Assembly (NCBI GenBank): GCA_038883795.1
Contig: JAVZLK010000001.1
Coordinates: forward strand, 192,001 to 256,000
Length of the DNA: 64,000 bases
Reading direction: 5' to 3'
From: Candidatus Bathyarchaeia archaeon
Lineage (GTDB): Archaea; Thermoproteota; Bathyarchaeia; Bathyarchaeales; Bathycorpusculaceae
The notes beneath the pieces were generated by a model. It worked only from the letters and a program-made list of their open reading frames with translations, was not told the DNA's origin and ran no database searches. Both the position numbers and the translations under genes were made by a program. The stretch's first letter is position 1, and every line of letters starts with the position of its first letter. Of the stretch, positions 1 through 9,718 are shown in pieces.

Positions 1-2
1 GA

Positions 3-1451
3 GTCAAATGCCCAGATTGTGGTTCTGAAACGGTTTATGAGAAAAGCTGCCCTCGATGTAATAGAGTTTTGAACGGGGATGAGTGCCCCGTCTGTAAGGT
101 GCAAACTATCCCCTATCAAAAACAGAGGGTCGATTTTAGAGAGTTAGTTGAAAATGCATGCGAGCGTTTAGGGGTATTTATTCCAAAAATTTTGAAAGGT
201 GTTAAAGGATTATCAAATGAGAGTAAAACTCCTGAAATTATTGAGAAGGGGATTTTGCGGGCTAAATATGATTTGTCAGTTTATAAGGATGGCACTGTGC
301 GCTTTGACGCTACAAATGCTCCGTTAACTCATTTTAAACCGTCAGAAATCGGAGTTTCCGTGGAAAGGCTCAAGCAGCTCGGTTATAATCACGATGTTCA
401 TGGGGTACCATTGACGGATGCTAACCAAATATGTGAACTAAAAATTCAAGATGTCATCATTCCCACAAAATGTGCAGAATACTTTATACGAGTTGCAAAC
501 TTTTTAGATGAGCTTTTAACGAAAGTCTACAAACTTTCACCTTACTATAATGTTAAGCGAATAGAAGACTTGGTTGGGCATCTTATTGTTGGTTTGGCAC
601 CCCACACTTCTGTGGGCATTCTTGGGCGTATAATTGGCTTTACAAACTTAAACGTCTGTTACGCTCATCCAATTTGGCATTCAGCCAAACGCAGGGACTG
701 TGATGGCGACGAAGACGCCCTAATGCTTGCCTTGGATACTTTGCTTAACTTTTCTCGAGAGTATCTGCCTGCGCAAATTGGTGGAATAATGGATGCTCCA
801 TTGCTTCTAATCCCAATTGTTAACACTCAGGAGGTGCAAAGGCAGGCATACGATTTCGATGTTGCCAGCGCATATCCTCTGGAATTTTATGAGAAAACGT
901 TGGAAACTGTAGATGCTAGAAACGTCAGTCGTATCATAGATCTTATTGGACATCGGTTGGGTACAGAAGCACAGTTTGAGGGCTTTCGGTTCACAACCCC
1001 CGTTTCTAATATTAATATGGGAAATGTGGAAAGTGCGTATAAACGGTTTAAAACGATGATTGAAAAGTTGACGTGTCAACTTGATTTGGCTGAAAAAATA
1101 GAAGCTGTGAATGCAAGAAAAGTGGCTTTTAAAGTTTTGACAAAACATTTTATGCGCGACATTGCTGGGAATCTGCGAGCCTTTTCCATGCAAAGGTTTC
1201 GATGTAAGTCATGCAGTAAACGCTTCAGACGTTTACCCCTTCGCGGTAAATGTCCCCACTGTGGTGGAGAAATAACCCTAACTGTTTACCGTGGTGGCAT
1301 CGAGAAATACTTGGAGGCTGCGGAGCATTTGATTGAGAAGTATGGTTTGCCACGATATTATGCCCAACGAATTTTGCTTATGCGAGAGGAGATTAACTCT
1401 TTATTTGAGGGAAAAAAGCCAAAACAAATTAGCTTAACGGATTTTGCTTGA
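3..1451 (+). CDS. polC: DNA polymerase D large subunit DP2 (5'-partial)
   Basis: Frame is open from the window edge. Catalytic motif HSAKRRDCDGDED, C-terminal zinc finger (CKSC...CPHC) and terminal PIP box QISLTDF are present. No intein. Confidence 0.98.
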   Translation, partial: VKCPDCGSETVYEKSCPRCNRVLNGDECPVCKVQTIPYQKQRVDFRELVENACERLGVFIPKILKGVKGLSNESKTPEIIEKGILRAKYDLSVYKDGTVRFDATNAPLTHFKPSEIGVSVERLKQLGYNHDVHGVPLTDANQICELKIQDVIIPTKCAEYFIRVANFLDELLTKVYKLSPYYNVKRIEDLVGHLIVGLAPHTSVGILGRIIGFTNLNVCYAHPIWHSAKRRDCDGDEDALMLALDTLLNFSREYLPAQIGGIMDAPLLLIPIVNTQEVQRQAYDFDVASAYPLEFYEKTLETVDARNVSRIIDLIGHRLGTEAQFEGFRFTTPVSNINMGNVESAYKRFKTMIEKLTCQLDLAEKIEAVNARKVAFKVLTKHFMRDIAGNLRAFSMQRFRCKSCSKRFRRLPLRGKCPHCGGEITLTVYRGGIEKYLEAAEHLIEKYGLPRYYAQRILLMREEINSLFEGKKPKQISLTDFA

Positions 1452-1486
1452 GAAAACTTTTCTAAACCAATACCCAATAATTATTT

Positions 1487-1768
1487 TTGGTGAGCATGTT
1501 AAAAGAAGCTTATCACCCCAACGCTTACTTGTCAAATATAAAAAACATTAAGCTTGGGCTTCTGGCGCGAACTAAAATATTGAGTGTTTTGGATAAGGGT
1601 TCAGCGGATGCAAAAGCAATCGTCAAAGAAACTGGAATGCGTTACAATGTTGTTATGCATCATCTAAGGCTTCTGGAAGCTGAGGGAATCGTAGAGCGGA
1701 AAGGGAGTAGGCCACATGTTTGGACTATTACTGGTTTTGGGCAGAAGCGGTTAGTGAACCTTGGTTAA
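1487..1768 (+). CDS. ArsR-like winged helix-turn-helix protein
   Basis: RTKILSVL...YNVVMHHLRLLEAEGIVER wHTH pattern; the real start may be ATG 1496. Confidence 0.8.
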   Translation: MVSMLKEAYHPNAYLSNIKNIKLGLLARTKILSVLDKGSADAKAIVKETGMRYNVVMHHLRLLEAEGIVERKGSRPHVWTITGFGQKRLVNLG

Positions 1769-2052
1769 AAGGGGCATCGGCATGGAGAGCTCTTACACTT
1801 TGGACATAGATTTTCATATTTGTTAAAGGCTGCCTTTTCAAGGTCCACATTTAAGACGTTTGCAAGCGAAGCCAACCATGCAATCACGTCTGCAAACTCG
1901 TCTTCCAAAGCCTTTTTGTCATTTGTTTTTAATGCTTCTCCTAACTCTTTTATTTCGTCTACAAGCCAATTGTAGGTTTGGATGGCGCCTCGTTTAGAAT
2001 CTTTGTGAAAATATAGGCGGTACATCATTCTCTGAAACTCACATATGTGCAA
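1765..2052 (-). CDS. MazG-like nucleotide pyrophosphohydrolase
   Basis: WLVDEIKELGEAL...EDEFADVIAWLASLAN motif and C-terminal CPKCxxxPCxC. TTG start at 2052 follows a purine-rich RBS. Confidence 0.9.
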   Translation of the reverse strand: MHICEFQRMMYRLYFHKDSKRGAIQTYNWLVDEIKELGEALKTNDKKALEDEFADVIAWLASLANVLNVDLEKAAFNKYENLCPKCKSSPCRCPF

Positions 2053-2135
2053 CTCATTTCCCCCTTCCTCTTTATGAACGAGCAATTTTTAAGATAAAAA
2101 GGCATCTAATCCTTCTGTTTGGATGTGAAAATGTT

Positions 2136-2633
2136 ATGCGTATTATCGTTAGAAATTATAGAGGAGAGGATAGGGAAAGTTGCCGTTCGCTGTGGCGGGA
2201 ACTAACAGAGTGGCATCGAGAAATTTACCAAGACCCAAGCATTGGCGGGGAACACCCGGAAAATTACTTTGACAAGCACTTGGCTAAAGTTGGACCAGAC
2301 AAACTGTGGGTTGCGGAATACAACTCTAAAGTTGTAGGGCTTGTGAGCTTAATTGTCGAAGGGAATGAGGCTGAAATAGAACCCCTCATCGTCAGCAAAA
2401 CTTATCGCGGTAAGGGAATAGGAAAGCAACTCTTAGAAACAGTTATTTCTGAAGCCAAGAAAATGGGGATAAGGCTTCTATGTATAAAGCCTGTAGCCCG
2501 AAACGTTAAAACAATAAAATTCTTATACCAACAAGGTTTCAAAACGTTGGGAGAAGTCGAACTTTTCATGGATTTTTCAGATTATAAATGGAAGTCTGGA
2601 CCTAAGCTTTTTGGATGCAAATTTAACTATTAG
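2136..2633 (+). CDS. GNAT family N-acetyltransferase
   Basis: Acetyl-CoA motif YRGKGIGKQLL; FLYQQGF. Confidence 0.9.
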   Translation: MRIIVRNYRGEDRESCRSLWRELTEWHREIYQDPSIGGEHPENYFDKHLAKVGPDKLWVAEYNSKVVGLVSLIVEGNEAEIEPLIVSKTYRGKGIGKQLLETVISEAKKMGIRLLCIKPVARNVKTIKFLYQQGFKTLGEVELFMDFSDYKWKSGPKLFGCKFNY

Positions 2634-3051
2634 ACAAAGCCCTTTGCCCCTTCTCAATTATATGTTGGACTTTAACACCTTTTCTTTCTAAATGTGCTGA
2701 GATAAATCGCCTATGACAATATTTTGGGTTAACTTCCATACACATAATGGATGCCCGCTTGTTTTGTGCAATTTCCAAAAGCCTTCTTATTCCTTCTCTG
2801 AAAGTTTTGGTTCGCATATGCTTTTTATATCCGCCTCGTCTATACCCTCCCAGTTCTTTTCCAAGCCAAAAATATTCTATGCCATTCTGAGGAAGCCACC
2901 TTTCCATTTGCTCTTTCTTGAAATGTTCAATTTTTGACGTTGGAAAACTTCGAACATCCACAACAACTTGAATTTTATGCTCATTCAACAACTCTAAAAA
3001 CTTCTCTATGGAACGATTACTGTGCCCAATAGTCCATAACGTGATTTGCAA
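2623..3051 (-). CDS. DUF488 family protein
   Basis: TIGHSNRS, DVRSFPTS, LGGYR and MCMExxPxxCHR motifs. Confidence 0.9.
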   Translation of the reverse strand: MQITLWTIGHSNRSIEKFLELLNEHKIQVVVDVRSFPTSKIEHFKKEQMERWLPQNGIEYFWLGKELGGYRRGGYKKHMRTKTFREGIRRLLEIAQNKRASIMCMEVNPKYCHRRFISAHLERKGVKVQHIIEKGQRALSNS

Positions 3052-3053
3052 TT

Positions 3054-3656
3054 TTACCGCTTACTTTCCAAATCTCTAAAGATCAACTTCACCAAATTGT
3101 CCAATCTATCTCTAACCTTTCCATTTTCAAGAAGGTCTCCATAAATGGAGCCTCTGCCATACTCAGCTGATTGAAGCAGAAGTGATAGAGGCGGGTTTTT
3201 GCAATCGTAATGGTCGAGAATTATGCTATGATATGTGAGGTCACCTCCAGCAGGAACATTTCCAATAACTATTAGGGCTATAATCTTGTTTAGAATGGTG
3301 TTTTTGAATTCTTCATAGCCTTTAAAGATGCCTTGTGCTCTCTCTGCGAAAGCACTATAGAGTCCTGCTGGTTTGGCTCCGTATGTTGGAACTGCAAGTA
3401 TGATGACGTCTGCCTCTTTCATTTCATTGTAAATCTTTGGAACATCATCCTTTATTGGGCATTCTTCTTCTTTGCCTCTAAGCTTAAGACCAAAACACTC
3501 ATAATTGCAATGACTGCAAGGCGTTATATCATAATCGTAGATGTTGATTATTTCAGTTTCAAATTTTTGAGCTTTTAACTTCTCGAGGACATATTCCAGA
3601 GAGTTTAGGCAGTTGCCTCTTTTCCTTGCGCTGAATGCGATACCTAAGGCTTTCAT
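3054..3656 (-). CDS. Flavodoxin-fold iron-sulfur flavoprotein / NADPH-dependent FMN reductase family
   Basis: SARKRGN, PCSHCNYEC...CPIKDD cysteine pattern, ADVIILAVPTY. Confidence 0.85.
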   Translation of the reverse strand: MKALGIAFSARKRGNCLNSLEYVLEKLKAQKFETEIINIYDYDITPCSHCNYECFGLKLRGKEEECPIKDDVPKIYNEMKEADVIILAVPTYGAKPAGLYSAFAERAQGIFKGYEEFKNTILNKIIALIVIGNVPAGGDLTYHSIILDHYDCKNPPLSLLLQSAEYGRGSIYGDLLENGKVRDRLDNLVKLIFRDLESKR

Positions 3657-3664
3657 GGGTTGCT

Positions 3665-4981
3665 CTACCGAATTTTTACGTATTTGTAGGCTTCTGTGGA
3701 GTTTTCAAAGCAGTAATGCACTTTTTGATAGCTTTTTCGGAACTCTACCACATCAGTCTTAACCTTTTCTGGCGGTTCTTTATCTATTATTACTCGCTTG
3801 ATGAACTCTGCTATTTCAATCATTTCTGACTCTTTCATTCCAAGCCTTGTGACTTCCGAAACTCCAAGCCTTATTCCGCCCGGATGCTGGAAATGTCTTC
3901 CCTCTTTAATGTCCCATGGCAACAAATTCCTATTTATTATTATGTTTGCCTTCTCCAAAGTTTCCTCGATTGTTCCGCCGTCGCCATACTTTGTAATGTC
4001 TATTATCATCACATGGGATTCTGTGAACCCTTTATGCTCTGCTAAAACGTTAAATCCCCTTTCATAAAGGGCTTGGGCTAAAGCTTTAGCGTTTTTCACT
4101 ATTTGGCTTGCATATTCCTTTCCAAATTCAAGCATTTCTGCACATGCAATGGTCACGCCAGCAACAGCGTGCAAATGGTGATTGCTAACCATTCCAGGGA
4201 AGGTTGCCCTTTTTATTTTTTCAGCGTATTTCTCCCATGATAGGACTCCGCCATGTTGTGGTCCAAAGAAAGTTTTATGCGTGCTTAGGCTTACTACGTC
4301 TGCTCCTTCTCTAAGAGGGTCTTGGAATTTTCCTCCAGCAATTAAGCCAGCCACGTGGGCTGCATCGTATCCCACGGTTCCTCCCACTGAACGAATAGTG
4401 TCTGCAAGCTCCTTAACTGGATGAGGAAACGGGAAGACACTTGCGCCAAACATGACAAGTTTTGGCGGTCTTCCTTCAGATGCCAGCTTTTCAATTCTCT
4501 CTTTTGCTTTGTCAACATCTATGTTTAATTCTTTATAATCTAAGGGTAAGTATTCAACAATTAAACCGTGAACGGCACCTGCAGTGCCTCCCAACTCTTT
4601 TTTGCCCATGGTTATGTGTCCACCGCATGGAATGGATAATGCCATCATAATGTCGCCTGGCTCTGTGAAAGCTGTGTAAACAACTAGGTTTGCCACAACC
4701 CCCGAGATTGGCCTGACATCCACAAATTCCGCCTTAAAAAGTTTTTTCATAAGTTCTATGCATTTGTTTTCCACTTGGTCTATGAAGCGACAGCCCGCAT
4801 AGACACGTTCTCCTGGCCATCCTTCAGCATAGCGGTTTCCAAAATCTGTTGTGAGGGCTTCGCGAACTGCTGGGCTTGGGATGTTTTCGCTTGCTATGAG
4901 GGGAATATTTTCTTGGAACCACTTATGATGTTGTTCAAGGAGACTAAGCACGTAATTATATTCGTCTCGTGAACCTGACAT
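3665..4981 (-). CDS. glyA: Serine hydroxymethyltransferase (archaeal type)
   Basis: LIASEN, RYAEG, DAAHVAGL and PLP-lysine motif STHKTFFGPQ. Start placed at ATG 4981. Confidence 0.97.
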   Translation of the reverse strand: MSGSRDEYNYVLSLLEQHHKWFQENIPLIASENIPSPAVREALTTDFGNRYAEGWPGERVYAGCRFIDQVENKCIELMKKLFKAEFVDVRPISGVVANLVVYTAFTEPGDIMMALSIPCGGHITMGKKELGGTAGAVHGLIVEYLPLDYKELNIDVDKAKERIEKLASEGRPPKLVMFGASVFPFPHPVKELADTIRSVGGTVGYDAAHVAGLIAGGKFQDPLREGADVVSLSTHKTFFGPQHGGVLSWEKYAEKIKRATFPGMVSNHHLHAVAGVTIACAEMLEFGKEYASQIVKNAKALAQALYERGFNVLAEHKGFTESHVMIIDITKYGDGGTIEETLEKANIIINRNLLPWDIKEGRHFQHPGGIRLGVSEVTRLGMKESEMIEIAEFIKRVIIDKEPPEKVKTDVVEFRKSYQKVHYCFENSTEAYKYVKIR

Positions 4982-5092
4982 GGTAAACACCTTTTGCATC
5001 AAACTATCATCCATCCACAAATAAAAAACTCTTTTGGAATTGCGCAACATTAATAATGGAGATAAACCACCATACTAAAAGGAGAATGCCGA

Positions 5093-5260
5093 ATGAGCAA
5101 GAAAAAGAAAGAGAAAGCAGCGCCTATGCCCGCTGCAAGTGCAGGGCTTCTAAGATTCTTTGAGGAAGAAACTGAAGGAGTAAAGGTTCGTCCAGAAATC
5201 CTTGTGGGTTTGGCGATAGCCCTAATAGTGGTAGTTGTTTTGGCTCGTATTTTCTTTTAA
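5093..5260 (+). CDS. secG: Preprotein translocase subunit Sec61beta (55 aa; absent from the ORF track)
   Basis: Translated by hand: MSKKKKEKAAPMPAASAGLLRFFEEETEGVKVRPEILVGLAIALIVVVVLARIFF. Has the SAGL.RFF.E and V.PE signature plus one C-terminal TM helix. Confidence 0.95.
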   Translation: MSKKKKEKAAPMPAASAGLLRFFEEETEGVKVRPEILVGLAIALIVVVVLARIFF

Positions 5261-5544
5261 CGGCGAGAAGGGGCATGCAAAACTTCTATTCGCTGCACCG
5301 AATTTAAGTGAATAAATATTTCGCTTCTTTCTTCCCTTCCAGCCACTTGTGGAATTGGTTGGGCTATTGTCGCTCGCAATATAATTGCCTCTGCCTCTGA
5401 AAGCCAAATTCCCGCTGGCTCTCGGGTTACAGCCGCCAAAGTCCCTTCAAAACCATAAGAAGGGTCTAAAATTACGCGTAGCTTTTTGCCTAAATTTTTT
5501 TCAAGCATGTGAAATATTGTTGGAGGGATGGGCTGATCTGGCAT
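5257..5544 (-). CDS. Divergent Sm/Lsm-fold protein
   Basis: Helix + LGKKLRVIL..GFEGTL...IWLSEAE (Sm1-like) and EIFIHLNSVQRIEV (Sm2-like). Confidence 0.6.
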   Translation of the reverse strand: MPDQPIPPTIFHMLEKNLGKKLRVILDPSYGFEGTLAAVTREPAGIWLSEAEAIILRATIAQPIPQVAGREERSEIFIHLNSVQRIEVLHAPSRR

Positions 5545-5798
5545 TGGCTTCGCAAAGTGTATAATCAGCAGTTTACAAATAAAACAGTTATCCTTCTAAA
5601 ACATTGTATGCTTAATGTTGCCATTATTTTGGTCTTCCTTTCTTCGGCGTTTCTTTTTTCATGTTTCGTGTCAAAACTAATTTGGCATATTATGAAATGA
5701 TTATGCAAATAATGTCTTAAATCTCCATGAAAGATACGACGTTAACTCACGACACTTTAATATGCTTGTAAACTTTCATAGAAAATTCGCCGAGAAAG

Positions 5799-7625
5799 AT
5801 GGATATGCAAAAGGAAAATTCGCTAAGAATTTCTATGAATGAAGCAGTTAAGCATTATTCGTCCCTCTTTAAGCTTCCCACGTACAAGAAGGTGATTTTG
5901 TTTTTAGCAATTATTTGCTTAAGCCTTGGGCTTGTTTTTGCAAGTACATTCTTTTCAAATTTAGAAGGATTAGTTCTCGGCTTGCTTTTGGGGATTTCCC
6001 TATTTTCCATAAGTTTTGTGGTGGATCATTTTGCAACTACTAGACTTTTAAGGCGTGAGCCCATTTATGATGTGAGAAGAACGGCAGCGCTTTCTCTTTA
6101 CTGTTGGGTTTTATGGCTCCTTTTTATTGTTGGAGGCGCCTTTTTTGCTATATTTACGGTCGTATGGTTAGTTAGGCTTTTGTTTTTGGGTTTTTCTGCG
6201 GTGTTAATCTTACGTTTAATAGTGTTGAATTCGACGTCCTTCGCAAGTTATAAAAGGCTTTTCGCAGCTTCGGTTATTCATCCAGTTTCATGTATCATTC
6301 CATTTTTATTTATTTTGACAAAGGCTGCTTATTCCTTCGATTTTTATCACACGCTTCTTTTCTTCGTTTTCTCGATTATTGTGAGCATAGCCTCAAGTTT
6401 TCTTTTCATTTTTGCCTTAAATAACGTTGGTAAAAAGATGCTAGGGTTCCCTTCTGTGTCGCTTTTTAAGGCTTTCCTACTTAACTGGATAGCTGACTTA
6501 AATGCTCCCTTTGAGGAGTTTCTCGAAAAGTTAGGTGAAAAGCAGACCGTGGAAGTTTTCTTAATAAAATTTGGCTCCTCAAAACCTAAGGCGTTTATAG
6601 TTGCGCCTTCTATTCATCCAGGTCCTTTCAAAAATATTGGGAGCAGCCTTTTGCCTTCCGAACTTAAAACTGCGTTAGAGAAAAAATTGAATTGTGTTGT
6701 TTGTGTTCCTCATGGATTGTTTGGGCACGAGTTTGATTTAGCATCTCAAATTCAAAACCAAAAAGTAATTAATAAGGTTGTTAAGAATGCTGATTTTGAG
6801 GTTCAAGAAGAAAAGGCTACGCCCTTTGTTAAAGTTAGCAATGGTTTAGCCACTGTGGGCTGCCAAATTTTCGGCCATTGCGCCTTCTCCTTTTTTACCC
6901 TAGCCCCAAAAACAACAGAAGATTTTCCCCCTGAGTTAGGGATGTTTATTCGCCAAGAAGCCGAAAAGTATGGGCTTAATTGTTGCGTTATTGTTAACGC
7001 TCACAATAGCATTGACGGAACAGTGAACATGCAAGAGGCATTAGATGCGCTAAAAGAGGCTGCAGCATCATGCCTACAGAAAGCAGTTTCTCAAGAGAGA
7101 CTGCCCTTTGCTGTGGGCGCTGCAACAGTTATTCCTCAAGAATTTACTCTTAAAGATGGTATGGGACCGGGCGGTATTACAGTTGTCATTGTTAAAGTTG
7201 GCGCTGAAAAGACAGCTTATGTTGTGGTCGATGGGAATAATATGGTTGCTGGGTTGCGTGAAAAAATTCTTTTAGCTCTTCATTCCATGGGAATTCATGA
7301 TGGTGAAGTCTTCACAACTGACACTCATTCGGTAAATGCTGTGGTTTTGAATAGGCGTGGTTATCACCCAGTTGGTGAAGTTATTGATCATGAAACTCTC
7401 ATTAGCTATACTAAAGAAGCCGCAATTAAGGCTCTTTCTGCTATGGAACAAGTTAAGGTTGCATGCCAAAGAATAGCAGTTTCTGACGTGACCGTGATCG
7501 GAGAAAACTTGCTGGAAAAATTATGTATTCTCATAGACAAGGCAATTCAAAGGGCAAAGAAAATTATGGTTCCCCTATTTGCAACCAGCGGGCTTTTTTT
7601 AATGTTGCTTTTGATGTATGCGTAA
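5799..7625 (+). CDS. DUF2070 family membrane protein
   Basis: N-terminal TM helices; HPGPF..IGSS, NAHN, DGNN and TTDTH motifs; C-terminal TM helix. Confidence 0.9.
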   Translation: MDMQKENSLRISMNEAVKHYSSLFKLPTYKKVILFLAIICLSLGLVFASTFFSNLEGLVLGLLLGISLFSISFVVDHFATTRLLRREPIYDVRRTAALSLYCWVLWLLFIVGGAFFAIFTVVWLVRLLFLGFSAVLILRLIVLNSTSFASYKRLFAASVIHPVSCIIPFLFILTKAAYSFDFYHTLLFFVFSIIVSIASSFLFIFALNNVGKKMLGFPSVSLFKAFLLNWIADLNAPFEEFLEKLGEKQTVEVFLIKFGSSKPKAFIVAPSIHPGPFKNIGSSLLPSELKTALEKKLNCVVCVPHGLFGHEFDLASQIQNQKVINKVVKNADFEVQEEKATPFVKVSNGLATVGCQIFGHCAFSFFTLAPKTTEDFPPELGMFIRQEAEKYGLNCCVIVNAHNSIDGTVNMQEALDALKEAAASCLQKAVSQERLPFAVGAATVIPQEFTLKDGMGPGGITVVIVKVGAEKTAYVVVDGNNMVAGLREKILLALHSMGIHDGEVFTTDTHSVNAVVLNRRGYHPVGEVIDHETLISYTKEAAIKALSAMEQVKVACQRIAVSDVTVIGENLLEKLCILIDKAIQRAKKIMVPLFATSGLFLMLLLMYA

Positions 7626-7667
7626 GCTAACACTAATAAGGGCGAAGCGTTCACCTTTTCAATTCCA

Positions 7668-8240
7668 GTGGAAGGGGAAATATTGTTAAAGGAAATTAGG
7701 ATTCATGGTCGTGGCGGACAAGGCAGCGTTACAGCCGCTGAACTTTTAGCTCATGCGGCTTTTCTTGAAGGCAAATGGGTTCAAGCTTTTCCATATTTTG
7801 GTGCTGAACGCCGAGGGGCTCCAGTCAAGGCCTTTGCGAGAATAAGCGATGAACCCATTCTTGCACATAGTCAAGTTTACAATCCTGATTATGTCATAGT
7901 GCTTGATCCAGTAATTTACAAGTTTGTGGATGTTACCGAAGGTTTAAAGAAAAATGGCATAATCATAATGAATACGACCAAGAAACCAGAAGAAACGGGC
8001 TTAGAGGGTTGGCGAATTGCTACTGTTGATGCAACTGGAATTGCCATTGAACTGAACCTTCTTGTGGCTGGTTTACCCGTTGTTAACACTGCTATCATAG
8101 GTGCTTTTGCGAAAGCCACGGGCGAAATTGAGTTAGAAAGTGTTTTGAAAGCTATAAAAGAAACATGGGTGGGCGCTGCTGGTGATAAGAATGCAAGGGC
8201 AGCGGAACTTGCCTATGAGCGTTTGATAAAGGGTTGGTGA
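7668..8240 (+). CDS. porC: Pyruvate/2-oxoacid:ferredoxin oxidoreductase gamma subunit
   Basis: [11 protein letters not shown] and [10 protein letters not shown]. Confidence 0.95.
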   Translation: MEGEILLKEIRIHGRGGQGSVTAAELLAHAAFLEGKWVQAFPYFGAERRGAPVKAFARISDEPILAHSQVYNPDYVIVLDPVIYKFVDVTEGLKKNGIIIMNTTKKPEETGLEGWRIATVDATGIAIELNLLVAGLPVVNTAIIGAFAKATGEIELESVLKAIKETWVGAAGDKNARAAELAYERLIKGW

Positions 8241-8247
8241 GAAAAAT

Positions 8248-8532
8248 ATGAAAAGTGTCCCAAAAACTCGTAAAGAAATGCCCCTAACACCGCTCTCTTA
8301 CCCAACCCTTGGCAGTATGGGAAAAACTGGTTCTTGGAGAACTTTTCGTCCAGAAATCGACTATTCAAAATGTACCCGATGCACTCTTTGCTGGATTTAT
8401 TGTCCAGACGCAGCTATAACACGGCAAGAAGATGACTCTCCGCAGATAGACTATGAATATTGTAAGGGATGTGGAATATGCGCCAACGAATGCCCAGTTA
8501 AAGCAATCACAATGCATAGGGAGGAAGAATAA
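8248..8532 (+). CDS. porD: Pyruvate/2-oxoacid:ferredoxin oxidoreductase delta subunit (2x4Fe-4S)
   Basis: TGSWRTFRP, CTRCTLCWIYCP and CKGCGICANECP. Confidence 0.95.
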   Translation: MKSVPKTRKEMPLTPLSYPTLGSMGKTGSWRTFRPEIDYSKCTRCTLCWIYCPDAAITRQEDDSPQIDYEYCKGCGICANECPVKAITMHREEE

Positions 8533-8533
8533 A

Positions 8534-9712
8534 ATGGCGCAAATGGTAATTGACACGGCAAACCACATTGCTGGTTACGCTGCAAAAGCAGCAAGAGTTA
8601 AAGTTGTCGCCGCTTATCCCATAACCCCCCAAACAACAATTGTCGAAAAAATAGCAGAGTTTGTTGAAAAGGGCGAAATGGAAAGCGAATACATTCGTGT
8701 AGAGTCCGAACACAGCGCCATGGTGGCATGCATCGCCGCAGCCGCAACAGGCGTCAGAACCTTTACGGCAACATCAGCGCATGGTTTAGCCCTTATGCAC
8801 GAAGCCCTACACTGGGCTTCTGGTTCACGTTTACCCATTGTAATGGCGGTTGTCAACCGTGCCATGGGCGCGCCTTGGAGCATATGGCCTGACTTTAGCG
8901 ATTCCCTTTCTCAGAGGGATACTGGCTGGATTCAGTTTTACTGTGCTGACAACCAAGAGGTTTTTGACACAATAATCCAAGCTTACAAGCTCTGTGAGGA
9001 TGAACGGGTCTTTTTGCCGGCCATGATTTGTCTTGAAGGCTTCATCTTGTCCCACACATACATGCCCGTAAAAATTCCAAGCCAAGAAGAAATTGATGAC
9101 TTTCTGCCACCTTACAAGTCTAGCTGGGTCTTGGATGTTAATAATCCCTTTTCTCATTCCAATCTTGTCTCGCCCGAGTGGTATATGGAATTCCGTTACA
9201 TGATTCAAGAAGCCATGGAAAACGCCAAACAATTAATCCCGCAAATTGATAAGGAATATGGAAAGCGTTTCGGCTTTGAATATGGTGGGCTTATTGAGAA
9301 GTACAAATGTGAAGATGCAGAGTTGGTATTGTTGACTATGGGAACAATGGGCAGTGAAGCTAAGATAGCCGTAAACAATCTGCGCAAAGAAGGAATAAAA
9401 GTGGGTTCAGCGCGAATCAAAGTTTATCGTCCATTCCCAGTAGAAGAAATAAGAAAACTTGCAACGCAAACAAAAATGTTTGCAACAATAGATCGGCACA
9501 TATCCTTTGGAATGGAAGGTTTTCTAGCCACAGAGGTTAAGGCTTCTCTTGTAGGCGAAGAGGAACCACCTTTGGTTGCTGGCTTCATTGCTGGTTTAGG
9601 AGGTAGGGATGTAACGTCTGAAACTATTGAGAAAATTGCTAAAAAATCGCTTAGGTGGATGCGCATGGGAAAGGTTGAGAAAGAAACCGAATGGGTTGAT
9701 TTGAGGGAGTGA
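8534..9712 (+). CDS. porA: Pyruvate/2-oxoacid:ferredoxin oxidoreductase alpha subunit
   Basis: AAYPITPQT, VESEHSAM and GLGGRD. ATG 8534 lies just after the porD stop. Confidence 0.95.
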   Translation: MAQMVIDTANHIAGYAAKAARVKVVAAYPITPQTTIVEKIAEFVEKGEMESEYIRVESEHSAMVACIAAAATGVRTFTATSAHGLALMHEALHWASGSRLPIVMAVVNRAMGAPWSIWPDFSDSLSQRDTGWIQFYCADNQEVFDTIIQAYKLCEDERVFLPAMICLEGFILSHTYMPVKIPSQEEIDDFLPPYKSSWVLDVNNPFSHSNLVSPEWYMEFRYMIQEAMENAKQLIPQIDKEYGKRFGFEYGGLIEKYKCEDAELVLLTMGTMGSEAKIAVNNLRKEGIKVGSARIKVYRPFPVEEIRKLATQTKMFATIDRHISFGMEGFLATEVKASLVGEEEPPLVAGFIAGLGGRDVTSETIEKIAKKSLRWMRMGKVEKETEWVDLRE

Positions 9713-9718
9713 AAAAGA

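Noticed and set aside
660-720. Possible inteins at the usual DP2, MCM and RFC insertion sites
   Set aside because: The motifs are contiguous and the MCM and RFC-S lengths are normal.
5509-5700. 63-aa hydrophobic ORF in the Sm-like/DUF2070 intergenic region
   Set aside because: It overlaps the Sm-like gene start and promoter, has no RBS, and the AT-rich sequence explains the hydrophobic bias.
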